From a virus (Duplodnaviria > Caudoviricetes), in the IMG/VR virus record IMGVR_UViG_3300028864_000017: a stretch of DNA of 64,000 bases, one strand, 5' to 3'. A program made the position numbers and the translations under genes. The notes beneath the pieces were generated by a model. It searched no databases and was not told the origin of the DNA. It worked only from the letters and a program-made list of their open reading frames with translations. Of the stretch, positions 45,844-56,154 are shown in pieces; the stretch's first letter is position 1; the number at the start of each line of letters is the position of its first letter.

Positions 45844-46181
45844 TATAAATTATATTTTTTTGAGTTTTTTAATATTTTCATTTCCTTTATAAAAGGTTTA
45901 ATATCATCAAAATTTACCAGTAATGTATCCTTTTCATATTTAAAATTTTCTCCGCATCTTAGAATAAGATCAAACATATCTTTATAATCAATATAAGATT
46001 CTTTTGTAATGGCTACACGAGTTTTAGTGTTTATTTCATAAAAAATATTATCAGATGTATCTATATAAGAATAGCATGTCATTTGATACAATTTTAACGA
46101 ATCATCCCATAAATCTAAAAATAATTCTTTAGCTTCATCAGCTAAATTTTTACCTTCACTTTGAAATCTATCTATTTCCAT
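45843..46181 (-). CDS. tagged hypothetical protein (ends KKYNL)
   Basis: MEIDRFQSE...NSKKYNL. Confidence 0.75.
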   Translation of the reverse strand: MEIDRFQSEGKNLADEAKELFLDLWDDSLKLYQMTCYSYIDTSDNIFYEINTKTRVAITKESYIDYKDMFDLILRCGENFKYEKDTLLVNFDDIKPFIKEMKILKNSKKYNL

Positions 46182-46612
46182 TATATGTTGAATTTTTTTG
46201 AATCTATTTTTGTGTATAAATCATCTAAACATATTTCAACATTGTTATGAAATGTCAAAGAAATTTTTGTTGATGAATTACTCCCAGGATATATCACGAA
46301 ATCACAACGGTCTTCTATGTAAGTCAAAAATAGTTTAAAATTATTATAATTATTAGATAACCTTAATTTATCACTGGAAAAATTACTTATCTTATCTGAA
46401 ACATTAATTATTAATAATAAATTGTCATATTCTTCAAAATATTCGTATTTAATGAAGCATTTTAAATCACTAAAAAATGTTTTTTTTAATAAAGATATAT
46501 ATTCTTCACATTTCTTTATCCTATCATCTATAACTTTAGAATCTCCTATTTTTTTCAATGAAATTTTATCTTTTTTACTAAAAAAACCTTCATTGAATTT
46601 ATCTATTTTCAT
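46181..46612 (-). CDS. tagged hypothetical protein (ends KKFNI)
   Basis: MKIDKFNE...DSKKFNI. Confidence 0.75.
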   Translation of the reverse strand: MKIDKFNEGFFSKKDKISLKKIGDSKVIDDRIKKCEEYISLLKKTFFSDLKCFIKYEYFEEYDNLLLIINVSDKISNFSSDKLRLSNNYNNFKLFLTYIEDRCDFVIYPGSNSSTKISLTFHNNVEICLDDLYTKIDSKKFNI

Positions 46613-46614
46613 TA

Positions 46615-46947
46615 TTATACATTAAATTTTCTTGAATTTAGCAATAGTTTAATATTATCAATAAGTTTATTAAAATCTGTTATGCTTGCATACATAACGC
46701 CAGAAATTAATTGAAATCTTGAATCAGAATCGTTTAAAACATTACACAGTTCATTATATTCTACAAAATTATCACTCGTAATAGACATACTAATATTAAA
46801 AGATAGATTAAATCTGACATTAGTATCTATTTTAAAACTTGAAATTCCTAATTTATCGTCCCATAATTCTAAAAACAAAGATTTAACTTTATTTACAAAA
46901 TTGTCATAATCTTCTCTATTATTTTCATTAAATTTTTCTATTTTCAT
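46615..46947 (-). CDS. tagged hypothetical protein (ends RKFNV)
   Basis: MKIEKFNE...NSRKFNV. Confidence 0.75.
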   Translation of the reverse strand: MKIEKFNENNREDYDNFVNKVKSLFLELWDDKLGISSFKIDTNVRFNLSFNISMSITSDNFVEYNELCNVLNDSDSRFQLISGVMYASITDFNKLIDNIKLLLNSRKFNV

Positions 46948-46948
46948 A

Positions 46949-48364
46949 TTACCATTTTTTTCCTTTTGTGAATGGTATTTTCATATCTTTCAAATCTTCT
47001 GGTCCTTTTTTAATATCTTCTCCAGTTGGTGTAGTGTGAAAATAATTGTTAGTATCAGTTGCAATCTTAACAGAATCATCTATAATTGCATTTGGTCCAA
47101 GCTTACACATTCTTATAACAGAATTTCCTTTTACTCTACAGTTAATCATACATTGATATAAATAACAATCACTAACTTCTGAATCTAAATCAATCGTAGC
47201 ACTTTCAATTTTAGAATTCAATATATCAGTATCAGAAATTTCTCCGCCATGAATAGTACCATTAACTAATTCTGATGAGATAAAATTACAGCTTGTATAT
47301 CTACCATTATTCATAGAGCATTCAATAAAATCTAAATCATATAAATCAAATATTGTTTTAAAAGTTGCATCAACCAATTCAATTCTATTAACTTCAGTAT
47401 CTAAATTTATAATACAATCTTTAAGATTATAAATATTTCTAACCATGTCAAATATCTTAGTATAAATAGTATCATAATAAGCTTTCACTATACTATAATC
47501 ATTCAATTTATCTACTTGAATATCAATTGTTGGAAATTCTGCAATAAAATCATTATAATTTGAAAATGTTTTGAATATATTAATATTTTCAAATAAATAT
47601 TTTTGTAATTTTTTTAAATCATTATCATCCAATTTAGCATCACAACAATTCCAAGTAATTGCCATAAAATAATCCATTAATGATAATATCTCAGATGATT
47701 TCTGATTATAATTATCTCCTCCAATATATCTCCACTCTAATCTTTGTCCAGATGCTTCAATATTTTCTGCTGGTATAAAATTTATTCCATAATATTTAGT
47801 ATTTCCTATTTGTACATTATTCTGTAATATATCTACTGCATTAGTAGAAAAATCAAAACCTTTGAATGGAATTAATGTTTTAACACTTTTTGCATAGATA
47901 TTATTTTTTCTTTCAGGAAAAAAGTTGTATATTCGTTCTTCATCTACAGATAAAATTAATTTTAACTTATTTAAATTATCTAATACTTTACCATTACCTA
48001 TATCATCAAAAGATATATTGATGTGAATAGAGCATTTTTCATCAGTTCTAGCATATTTATCAAGAACTTTTAAAATTTTCAATAAAATTATTTTAGAATT
48101 TACATAAGGTATTGGTCCAGTAATTAATTCTACAAGATCAGCACCACCTGATAAATCTGGTTCAATTTTAAAATTATTTTCATCTGGAGTAAAAGTTGAG
48201 TGATATTTTCTATAACCATGTACCTGAATAGGAGCAAGAGTATTATTTAATAATTCAATTAATTTAAAATATGATTTATCGGTATAAAATTCAAATTCAA
48301 ACCCTATAACAGAATTTTTTAATTTGTTAAAATCTGTAATATATTCATTAGAGTAGATTTTCAT
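46949..48364 (-). CDS. putative amidoligase (COOH-NH2 ligase family) with C-terminal beta-helix-like region
   Basis: IGFEFEF, IEPDLS, ELITGP, CSIHINIS, KYYGINF, LEWRYIGG motifs. Confidence 0.8.
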   Translation of the reverse strand: MKIYSNEYITDFNKLKNSVIGFEFEFYTDKSYFKLIELLNNTLAPIQVHGYRKYHSTFTPDENNFKIEPDLSGGADLVELITGPIPYVNSKIILLKILKVLDKYARTDEKCSIHINISFDDIGNGKVLDNLNKLKLILSVDEERIYNFFPERKNNIYAKSVKTLIPFKGFDFSTNAVDILQNNVQIGNTKYYGINFIPAENIEASGQRLEWRYIGGDNYNQKSSEILSLMDYFMAITWNCCDAKLDDNDLKKLQKYLFENINIFKTFSNYNDFIAEFPTIDIQVDKLNDYSIVKAYYDTIYTKIFDMVRNIYNLKDCIINLDTEVNRIELVDATFKTIFDLYDLDFIECSMNNGRYTSCNFISSELVNGTIHGGEISDTDILNSKIESATIDLDSEVSDCYLYQCMINCRVKGNSVIRMCKLGPNAIIDDSVKIATDTNNYFHTTPTGEDIKKGPEDLKDMKIPFTKGKKW

Positions 48365-48448
48365 TAATATTATATTATATTTTCAAGTATATATAAAAAA
48401 AAATTCATCAAAAAATTAATATATACTTTCACAAAAAACAAGGAAATT

Positions 48449-49171
48449 ATGGAAATAAAAAGATTTAACGAAGAAATAAAAACAGTACCATTCTCAAAAA
48501 TTGATAAATGGAGTGTTAATAATATACTACAGCCAAAAATTAAAATAGGCAATAAAGAATTAGATTTAAAATTAGGTTCTAAAGTTTTAGAGTTGTTTAA
48601 TAATTACGGATTTGATATTAATGTAAATGTATTTGATTGGATGAAAAAACAGCATCTGTTACTGTCAGATGAAACAAATTTTATTGAAAATAGAGTTGAA
48701 GTTGGAAAAAAACAGTCATGGGAAGATTTTCTAGATGATAATGGATACGAATATGATGATTTACCTGAAAATGAACAAAAGAAGATAGACGAGGAATTTG
48801 AAAATAGAGGATTCGTTAATGATGAAGCAGAAATAGAATTCTCTGTATTTTTACCAGAAAATTTAGAAAATATTGAATATGCAGCATTGGCAGATGCTTC
48901 TGTATATTTGAAAATTCTATCTGATAGTGAATTAAATGGAGTTTTAAATGGTAATACAGATTATCGTATATTATCAGATGAACCATTTGGATTTAAAAAA
49001 TTTTTAAACTTTAAAAAAATAAAAATAACTAATAATAATATTGAAGAAGTTCCAAGTATTGAACATAGACTATACAAAGATAGTAAAGTGTTTGAGATAT
49101 TTAAAAGAGAGCTTGGAGGAGATCAAAATTTTAGAAATTTTTTCAATGAATGGTTATCATTAATAAAATAA
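48449..49171 (+). CDS. hypothetical (putative virion) protein
   Basis: MEIKRFNEE start. Confidence 0.75.
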   Translation: MEIKRFNEEIKTVPFSKIDKWSVNNILQPKIKIGNKELDLKLGSKVLELFNNYGFDINVNVFDWMKKQHLLLSDETNFIENRVEVGKKQSWEDFLDDNGYEYDDLPENEQKKIDEEFENRGFVNDEAEIEFSVFLPENLENIEYAALADASVYLKILSDSELNGVLNGNTDYRILSDEPFGFKKFLNFKKIKITNNNIEEVPSIEHRLYKDSKVFEIFKRELGGDQNFRNFFNEWLSLIK

Positions 49172-49662
49172 TAGAAATGATATTTGGATATAAAAAGAAA
49201 GAGTTATATGACTCATTTATAATAAATTTCATACCTAATGAAATTGATATGTATTGTGAGCCATTTGGTGGTAACTACTGTGTTTTTAATTATTTAAAAA
49301 TTAAACCTAATTTTTCAATTTATAATGACATAAATACTTATGATAAAAAAATTGATGCTAATATAATTCATCACTTAGATTATAAAGAAATTTTCAGTAT
49401 GTATAATACTGAAAATATTTTTTGGTATTTAGACCCTCCATATTATAAAAAAGAATTTTTATATGAAAATTGTGAGAATTATAATGAAAATTTTCATATA
49501 GAACTAAAAAATGAAATTGATAAGCTCAAAGGAAAAGTTATTATATCATATGAGGATAACCAATTCATAAGAAAATTATATAAAGATTATAATATTAATA
49601 AATATAGTGGAGATAATTTTATTTTTAGAAATGAAATAATAATAACAAATGAGAGAAACTGA
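49150..49662 (+). CDS. DNA adenine methyltransferase (short Dam/D12 class)
   Basis: YCEPFGG, YNDIN, YLDPPY. Confidence 0.8.
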   Translation: MVIINKIIEMIFGYKKKELYDSFIINFIPNEIDMYCEPFGGNYCVFNYLKIKPNFSIYNDINTYDKKIDANIIHHLDYKEIFSMYNTENIFWYLDPPYYKKEFLYENCENYNENFHIELKNEIDKLKGKVIISYEDNQFIRKLYKDYNINKYSGDNFIFRNEIIITNERN

Positions 49663-50077
49663 TATCATTAAAATTATAGATGAAATGTTAAAAACAAAAT
49701 TTCATAACTTGAGCTATAGAGATTATTATGGATTAAACGAAAAATATTTAATTTCTGTTCATCCGTATGCAATACACATATATAAAATCATAAAACCTAT
49801 TAATAATTGGATAAATATTTTAAATGATATAAATTTTGGAACAGGAAATTATATAAAATTAATAATAGATTATCATAAATCAGATTATATAAATGATATA
49901 TGTCTTTATAATCCATGTGAAATATATGAAAAAGTGTCTGGATATAACTCTTTAATGGAAAATGATAATATTGGAGAGACAAGTGATTATTGGGATAATA
50001 AAAAAGACATATTCAACAAATACCTAATTACACATAAAAGAAAAGAAAAATTAATTAATATAAATAAGTCAATATGA
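49649..50077 (+). CDS. hypothetical protein with RKEKL tag
   Basis: Ends HKRKEKLININKSI. Confidence 0.7.
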   Translation: MRETDIIKIIDEMLKTKFHNLSYRDYYGLNEKYLISVHPYAIHIYKIIKPINNWINILNDINFGTGNYIKLIIDYHKSDYINDICLYNPCEIYEKVSGYNSLMENDNIGETSDYWDNKKDIFNKYLITHKRKEKLININKSI

Positions 50078-50607
50078 AAACATGCTATAGCGGAGGTGCA
50101 TCTGGATCAGATTATATATTTGAGCAAGAATCAATTAAAAAAGGAATAAAAGTCATATCTTTTTCTTTTGAAGGACATAACACAAAATCAGATAATAAAT
50201 ATATTCTATCAACAAATCAGATAAAAGAAGGTTATGAACATATAAAAATTGCTAATGAAAGACTAAATAGAAACATAAAGAATATTTCTTCATATGTAAA
50301 ATATCTAATATCAAGAGATTGGTTTCAAGTAAAATGTTCTGATACAATATTTGCAATTGGTACTCTTGAAAATGAAACTAATGTCAGAGGTGGAACAGGT
50401 TATGCTTGTTCTTGTGCGATTGACAATCACAAACCAGTATATTTATTTGAGCAAAATGTGAACCAGTGGCATTATTTTGATTATGAGTCAAACGCATTTG
50501 AAATATATGAAGGTATTCCAAAATTAACTGAAAAATTTGCAGGAATTGGAACAAGAAATATAAATGAAAATGGAATGAATGCAATAATAAGTTTATTTAA
50601 ATATTAA
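50074..50607 (+). CDS. SLOG-superfamily-like protein
   Basis: SGGASGSD, GGTGYA...AIDNHKPVYLFEQ, FAGIGTR. Confidence 0.6.
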   Translation: MKTCYSGGASGSDYIFEQESIKKGIKVISFSFEGHNTKSDNKYILSTNQIKEGYEHIKIANERLNRNIKNISSYVKYLISRDWFQVKCSDTIFAIGTLENETNVRGGTGYACSCAIDNHKPVYLFEQNVNQWHYFDYESNAFEIYEGIPKLTEKFAGIGTRNINENGMNAIISLFKY

Positions 50608-50935
50608 ATTTATCAGATAAATTTTTAATTTTCTGTTCTTTAATTTCATCAGGTGTAGCTAATATTAAATCTGCATCAGAAAACGGCATAGTATAATCAA
50701 AGTTACTAGTATAATATTTTTTTATATAATCTAATATTTCAATAGGAATATTTTCAAATTTGACATTATAATATTTAAAATTGTCATGTTTATCATAATC
50801 TATGGATTCAATTTTTCCGATATTATTCTCAAAAAAGTTTTTCAAATCTTTTGAATATGTCAATTCATGACATCTTACATAATCACCTACGTTAAATCCA
50901 GAATTTAAATCTTCATAATGTTTTAAAAATTTCAT
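50597..50935 (-). CDS. KOW-like tagged protein (ends DKFNI)
   Basis: MKFLKHYED...FNVGDYVRC...NNIGKI...DKFNI. Confidence 0.7.
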   Translation of the reverse strand: MKFLKHYEDLNSGFNVGDYVRCHELTYSKDLKNFFENNIGKIESIDYDKHDNFKYYNVKFENIPIEILDYIKKYYTSNFDYTMPFSDADLILATPDEIKEQKIKNLSDKFNI

Positions 50936-50997
50936 ATTAAAAATTATTTTATAATAATTATATATAAAAAAATCCACAATAAATTGTGGATTTTTTA

Positions 50998-51246
50998 TTA
51001 CCAAGCATCATTACTTTCTGGTAAATAATAAATATCATCCAAATAAGGACTAGAACAATTTTTATTTTTGTTTTCTATCATTTCAGATTCACTAACAATG
51101 ATAAAATTATAAAAACCATTATGAATACTTTCTTCTAATAAATTTGAAAGATCTTCATCAGATAAATTATAAAGATCTGATTGTTTTTTAATAATTGCAT
51201 TAATTGCGAATTCTCTTGTTACTATATGTGTTGTTTTTATGCTCAT
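50998..51246 (-). CDS. hypothetical protein
   Basis: 82-aa ORF. Confidence 0.7.
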   Translation of the reverse strand: MSIKTTHIVTREFAINAIIKKQSDLYNLSDEDLSNLLEESIHNGFYNFIIVSESEMIENKNKNCSSPYLDDIYYLPESNDAW

Positions 51247-51248
51247 TT

Positions 51249-51473
51249 TTAAATTATTTCTCTATAATTAATATTTTTTGTTGAATTTTCATTGATTCCT
51301 ATTCTACGAAGTTTTCTAACGACTGATCCTTTTTTATAAATAGTTAATATACAATCTTCAGTATCTATTTCAGATGTTTTAATTTTTCCTGTATATTTAT
51401 TAAAATCTTCTGAATTTTCAAAAACAAATTCAACATTTTTCTTTTCTTTTTCTACAGTGACTTTTTCTTTCAT
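51249..51473 (-). CDS. hypothetical protein
   Basis: 74-aa ORF overlapping the MTase stop. Confidence 0.65.
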   Translation of the reverse strand: MKEKVTVEKEKKNVEFVFENSEDFNKYTGKIKTSEIDTEDCILTIYKKGSVVRKLRRIGINENSTKNINYREII

Positions 51474-52219
51474 TACATTTCATTTTTTTTTCTAATTTTG
51501 CCTTCCTCTACATTTTTTTCAGCAATATTAATATATTCTCCTGATATATCAAAACCGATATACTTTCTACCTAATCTTTTTGCAACAAGAGCAGTTGTGC
51601 CTACTCCCATAAAAGGATCTAATACTACATCTCCTTCTTTAGTAGTTGCATTTATACAATGTTCAACTAATTCTTCTGGAAAAGGAGCTGGATGAGGAAT
51701 ATTCATTTTTGGTGATATTCTCCAAATACTTTTTTGTTCAATCAAATCTCTTTTATTGAAAATTGGTGCTTTTTTATTATCTTTTGTTAACCAATATACT
51801 AATTCATATACTGGTTGAAAAAAATATAAAGAATTATTAACATCAGCTTTTCTATCCCAAATAATTGTTTGATAAATATTTATATTTGATTTACTAACCC
51901 ATTCATATGGAGAATACTCTGTTTTATCATATCTTCTATTTTTATGATTATAAAAAAATGAGCCACCAGGTTTTAATACTCTCTGAATTTCATTTAATAT
52001 TTCTATTTGCCATTTCTGATACTCATCTTCAGGCATATTATCTTCAAAATTATCATATGTGATATATCCATCCCAATCTCCACCTTTTTGCTTTTTTCCT
52101 TTCATGAGTCCAAGTTTATTATATGGTGGTGAAGATACTCCAGCATCAATACTATTATCATCTAGTTTTCTTAATCCTTCTAATACATCCATCTGATATA
52201 TTTTATTAAATTCTAGCAT
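51473..52219 (-). CDS. DNA methyltransferase, N4-C/N6-A beta class
   Basis: SSPPY catalytic motif precedes HPAPFP and VLDPFMGVGTT SAM-binding motif. Confidence 0.92.
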   Translation of the reverse strand: MLEFNKIYQMDVLEGLRKLDDNSIDAGVSSPPYNKLGLMKGKKQKGGDWDGYITYDNFEDNMPEDEYQKWQIEILNEIQRVLKPGGSFFYNHKNRRYDKTEYSPYEWVSKSNINIYQTIIWDRKADVNNSLYFFQPVYELVYWLTKDNKKAPIFNKRDLIEQKSIWRISPKMNIPHPAPFPEELVEHCINATTKEGDVVLDPFMGVGTTALVAKRLGRKYIGFDISGEYINIAEKNVEEGKIRKKNEM

Positions 52220-52265
52220 TTATTATTTGTTTTTTTTGTTTTTAATTATAATATAAATTATTTAA

Positions 52266-53111
52266 TCATGCATAAGATGACAAATCAACGACAATTTCTG
52301 GTACAATATTTCTGCATAAAAAAGAACAATTTCCAACAAATCCGTGTTTTTTGTTATATTTTCTTTGTGATAATACATAAATACATTCATCTTTATCATC
52401 ACAAAAATAAATATAAGTATAACCATTATCATCTATTCTCATCTTAACTGTTATGTAATCACAATTAACAAAATTATTTATATCTAATTTTTTTAAAAAT
52501 AAAATATCATCACTACTATCAGATTTTGATAAAAAATATTTAATATTCTCAAGTTGTTTTTCTTTATATGCATAACCAATTTCCGAAAATGATATTATAT
52601 CAATACATTTTTCTCTAGTTATTTTTCCAATTTTTGTCAATAAACTAAAATTGTTTTTTATTTTATTGAAGTCAGATTCACTTTTAAATAAATTATTTAA
52701 TATAGGTATATTCAATAATTCACAAAAAATTAATGGTTTAATATTAGAATCCACTCCTTTAAAAAAATTTTTTTTATTTAAATCTTTAGGAAATTTCATA
52801 ATATTATTAATATCATAATAATTTTTAACATCAGCAATTATAAAGTTATTAAAATTAGTTATTAATAAATCACCTCGATATGCACTACAGCAATTAAGTC
52901 CTGGTATCTTTATTTTTTTTAATTTAATATATTCACATTTAATTATTTTTCTATCAATATTATTTATCTTATTTTTAGAATCTATATCTTTAACTTCTTT
53001 ATGTGATACACCAAACAAATCAAAGCTAAGCTCATGATTTGTATTTTTATTAACTTTACTTAAATCATTTTTAAATGATTCTTGAAATTTATCTCCTGTT
53101 ATTTTTTTCAT
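52266..53111 (-). CDS. putative PD-(D/E)XK nuclease
   Basis: RGDLLIT...IIADVKN motif; directly upstream of the MTase. Confidence 0.5.
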   Translation of the reverse strand: MKKITGDKFQESFKNDLSKVNKNTNHELSFDLFGVSHKEVKDIDSKNKINNIDRKIIKCEYIKLKKIKIPGLNCCSAYRGDLLITNFNNFIIADVKNYYDINNIMKFPKDLNKKNFFKGVDSNIKPLIFCELLNIPILNNLFKSESDFNKIKNNFSLLTKIGKITREKCIDIISFSEIGYAYKEKQLENIKYFLSKSDSSDDILFLKKLDINNFVNCDYITVKMRIDDNGYTYIYFCDDKDECIYVLSQRKYNKKHGFVGNCSFLCRNIVPEIVVDLSSYA

Positions 53112-53185
53112 ATTTATTTTACGTTATTAAATATATATTATAAATATGATAATTTGTTTGATAATTAATCAACAACAATATTTGT

Positions 53186-54547
53186 TTAAAATTGAAAGAT
53201 TGAATTCAAAACTGACAATCTTTTATTTATTGTAGGTAATCCAATTGGTTCAAGAAACCTATTTACGATGTGAAGCATTGTCACATCAAATTGTTCATCA
53301 TAATCTATTTTAACACCTTCTTTTTCACATATTTCATATGGATATAATCCTCTTTGATATGCAAATACGCTATTTTTAACATGATTACAATAAAAATATT
53401 TTATACGTCCTCCTCTAATATTATCATACTTTGTTTTATATTCAGAGTTTTTATTTAATAAGTAATTGTGTAAAGCTGCAGCTTTAACTGCAAAGTGAGC
53501 ACCCTTAACACATAAAACATCAGTAACATCATCAATAACTTTAATTGGATAATTAGTGCAACTTGAAGTCATACTAATATCTTCAATATTAGCCATCATG
53601 AATTGTTTTTTCAAATCTTTCACAATTAGTAATATTTTTCTAATATTCAAATTATTAGGATTAGAAAATATATATCTCAAAAACTCATAAATATTTTCTC
53701 TAACAAATGGAGGGGTAGATGATTTAACAATTTCAACACCTTTTGGATAAAAATAACTCATACTTTCATAAAATAAGCCATCTTCCCAAGCTACATTATT
53801 TATATAATGCTTTTTTTGTATGTGTAATGCTGATCTATTAATTGTTTCTAATTCAAAGTTGTGTATATTCTTAACTCCATATCTTGCAGCATATTCATCT
53901 AGCCAACCATTATATTTTTTTTCTATAAAAACTCTATCCATATGAAGAATGAAGTCTAATTCATCTCCATTAAATCCACATGACTTTATCATAGGAGCGA
54001 ATGAAATATATAATGAATCAGTATCGCCGTAAATTGTAATTGGAACATCTTTTGGTAACTGAGTTACATTAGAGAAATCATGAATAAATCTACTAAATAA
54101 TACATTATAACCATTTAATTCTTTTTTATCTTCAACTAAATCATTACGATAGTAATTCAATTTTTCTAATAAATTATCAACTGATTCATATTTATAATGA
54201 ATATTATCTCCATTTCTATCTAATAAATAAAAACTACCATCTTTTTCAGCAATATATTCTAATCCAAGTAGTTGATGAGTCTTTACATCTAAGTGCCATT
54301 CTTTATAGAAATATGTTTCTATTTTTTTAAGCATATAATTTATAACATCACGTCCTTGAGCAGTAATAGCATTTGCAATATGAGAATTTGACAATACAAA
54401 TTTAGGATGAGCGAATGCTCCATATGTACCGTTAATAACCAATTTCAAAGCTAATTGCATTGCTTTTGCTCTATCATAATCAGCCTTAGTTACATCAATT
54501 TTTGTTTTTAATTCTGCTATTTTATCTCTCTTTTCTTGTGCTGTCAT
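53186..54547 (-). CDS. family B DNA polymerase, C-terminal subunit (split gene)
   Basis: KLVINGTYG (motif B), YGDTDS (motif C), KKHY, KGVEIVKSSTP; no exonuclease domain or motif A. Confidence 0.9.
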   Translation of the reverse strand: MTAQEKRDKIAELKTKIDVTKADYDRAKAMQLALKLVINGTYGAFAHPKFVLSNSHIANAITAQGRDVINYMLKKIETYFYKEWHLDVKTHQLLGLEYIAEKDGSFYLLDRNGDNIHYKYESVDNLLEKLNYYRNDLVEDKKELNGYNVLFSRFIHDFSNVTQLPKDVPITIYGDTDSLYISFAPMIKSCGFNGDELDFILHMDRVFIEKKYNGWLDEYAARYGVKNIHNFELETINRSALHIQKKHYINNVAWEDGLFYESMSYFYPKGVEIVKSSTPPFVRENIYEFLRYIFSNPNNLNIRKILLIVKDLKKQFMMANIEDISMTSSCTNYPIKVIDDVTDVLCVKGAHFAVKAAALHNYLLNKNSEYKTKYDNIRGGRIKYFYCNHVKNSVFAYQRGLYPYEICEKEGVKIDYDEQFDVTMLHIVNRFLEPIGLPTINKRLSVLNSIFQF

Positions 54548-54619
54548 TATATTTATTGTTTCTTATTATATCAATTATTTTATAATTGGTTTAAATAAAA
54601 AATATTAAACTGACATATA

Positions 54620-54650
54620 AAAAAAGAGATGATATTAATCATCTCTTTTT
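54620..54650 (-). terminator. terminator hairpin
   Basis: aaaaagagatgat-atta-atcatctcttttt. Confidence 0.7.
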
Positions 54651-55326
54651 ATATATTGTATTTATTTATTTTGTTTGATAACTCTATTAATTTTGATATT
54701 GAATCTCCTTCTAAATTTAATGATTTTAGATAATTATTAAATTCATCAATAAAATCTTCATTTATATCATACCATCTTTGATCTAATTTATCTAAATCTT
54801 CATTTTTATCATTATCATACTCACTATATTCTCCGTTATCTCCATTGTAACAATTAAAATTAACACTATCAAAATTAAAATCTTTCATTATTGAATATGC
54901 ATCATATACTAATTTTTTAGAAATATGTTCTGATATTTTTAATTTTTCAAACAAAATAATCATTTTTTCATGAATATCAACGTTATTATAAGGATTACCA
55001 CCACGGTTATAATAACCTTTTGATTTAGAACTGGCATATCCATTATCATAATATTGTAGATGCCCGCCATTAAAAACTTGTCCATTATAGTTACCAAGAA
55101 GAACACAAAAACACGGTAATGTTCCATATTTTTCTTTTACCAAATTTAAAAAATCATCATAATTAATATCAGATGAATAATCTTTATATAAAACATCAAT
55201 TATACCGTGAAATACATCACCTTTTGAAAAATCTTCATTTTTTAATAATAATGTTTTCAATTCTTTTTCATTTTTGAATAATATTATAGAATAACTATTT
55301 TCTTCATACATTTTAACATGTTTCAT
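54649..55326 (-). CDS. tagged hypothetical protein (ends NKYNI)
   Basis: MKHVKMYEE...INKYNI; YNGQVFNGGHLQYYDNG segment. Confidence 0.75.
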   Translation of the reverse strand: MKHVKMYEENSYSIILFKNEKELKTLLLKNEDFSKGDVFHGIIDVLYKDYSSDINYDDFLNLVKEKYGTLPCFCVLLGNYNGQVFNGGHLQYYDNGYASSKSKGYYNRGGNPYNNVDIHEKMIILFEKLKISEHISKKLVYDAYSIMKDFNFDSVNFNCYNGDNGEYSEYDNDKNEDLDKLDQRWYDINEDFIDEFNNYLKSLNLEGDSISKLIELSNKINKYNI

Positions 55327-55327
55327 A

Positions 55328-55840
55328 TTATAAATTAAATTTTTTTACTGAATTATCAAACTCATCTTTCTTTAAATAATCTTTATATTTTTCTGGAAAT
55401 TTAATAGCTATTTTATTAATATCATAATCAGTTAAAAAATCAAATGGTTTATGTCCTTGATTATTTTTGCAATATAATGAAGATCCAGCAGATAATAACA
55501 CAAACATTGATGCAACATCACTATTTATAGCTGATCTCATCAAAGGAGTATCATTATTATCATTTTTAGCTTCTATTTCAGCACCAACTTCTATTAGTTT
55601 ATAAATTAAGTCATGATAACATAACGTAGCAGCATAAGTCAAAGGAGTCTGTCCATTTTTAGATTTTATGTTTGGATATGCTCCATCATCTAATAAATTT
55701 ATCATTTTTATTGAAGGCTCCATGCTTCTACTATCTAAAGATTTCGCATCTAAAATTTTCATCAATTCTAATGTTGATTCAATTTTTCTAATCTCAGAAT
55801 AATCAGAATAATTTTCAAATATATTAAATTTTATTATCAT
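55328..55840 (-). CDS. ankyrin-repeat protein with terminal tags
   Basis: GQTPLTYA, DTPLMRSA, GHKPFD ANK motifs; MIIKFNIFE...KKFNL. Confidence 0.85.
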   Translation of the reverse strand: MIIKFNIFENYSDYSEIRKIESTLELMKILDAKSLDSRSMEPSIKMINLLDDGAYPNIKSKNGQTPLTYAATLCYHDLIYKLIEVGAEIEAKNDNNDTPLMRSAINSDVASMFVLLSAGSSLYCKNNQGHKPFDFLTDYDINKIAIKFPEKYKDYLKKDEFDNSVKKFNL

Positions 55841-56154
55841 AAATTAAATTTGTTTGTTTGTATTATATATTCTAATTCTTCTTTATTTTTTGATATATAT
55901 TTTATTTCATCTAATGACATATTTCTTTCATTGTGCGAGAAATATTTTTCTAAATTTTTTGGTATTTCTTCATAATATATCACATATGGTCCCATGAAAT
56001 CTGTATCATATCTAATATATTTACCTATATTATTTGATGTGAAATTAATAACGTCATAATAAGAATATAACTCTGATTCATTACATACTACCCAATCTCC
56101 AATTTCTGGCTCATCTTTACTAATTGTTTCAAACAATTTAAATTTAGTTATCAT
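55837..56154 (-). CDS. KOW-like tagged protein (ends NKFNL)
   Basis: MITKFKLFE...EIGDWVVC...NNIGKY...NKFNL; paralog of 50597-50935. Confidence 0.75.
   Translation of the reverse strand: MITKFKLFETISKDEPEIGDWVVCNESELYSYYDVINFTSNNIGKYIRYDTDFMGPYVIYYEEIPKNLEKYFSHNERNMSLDEIKYISKNKEELEYIIQTNKFNL

Noticed and set aside
53900-54300. Intein or intron in the DNA polymerase insertion between motifs B and C
   Set aside because: The frame is open, the insertion is short, and it lacks intein C1/HN-C/S/T termini or intron signatures.
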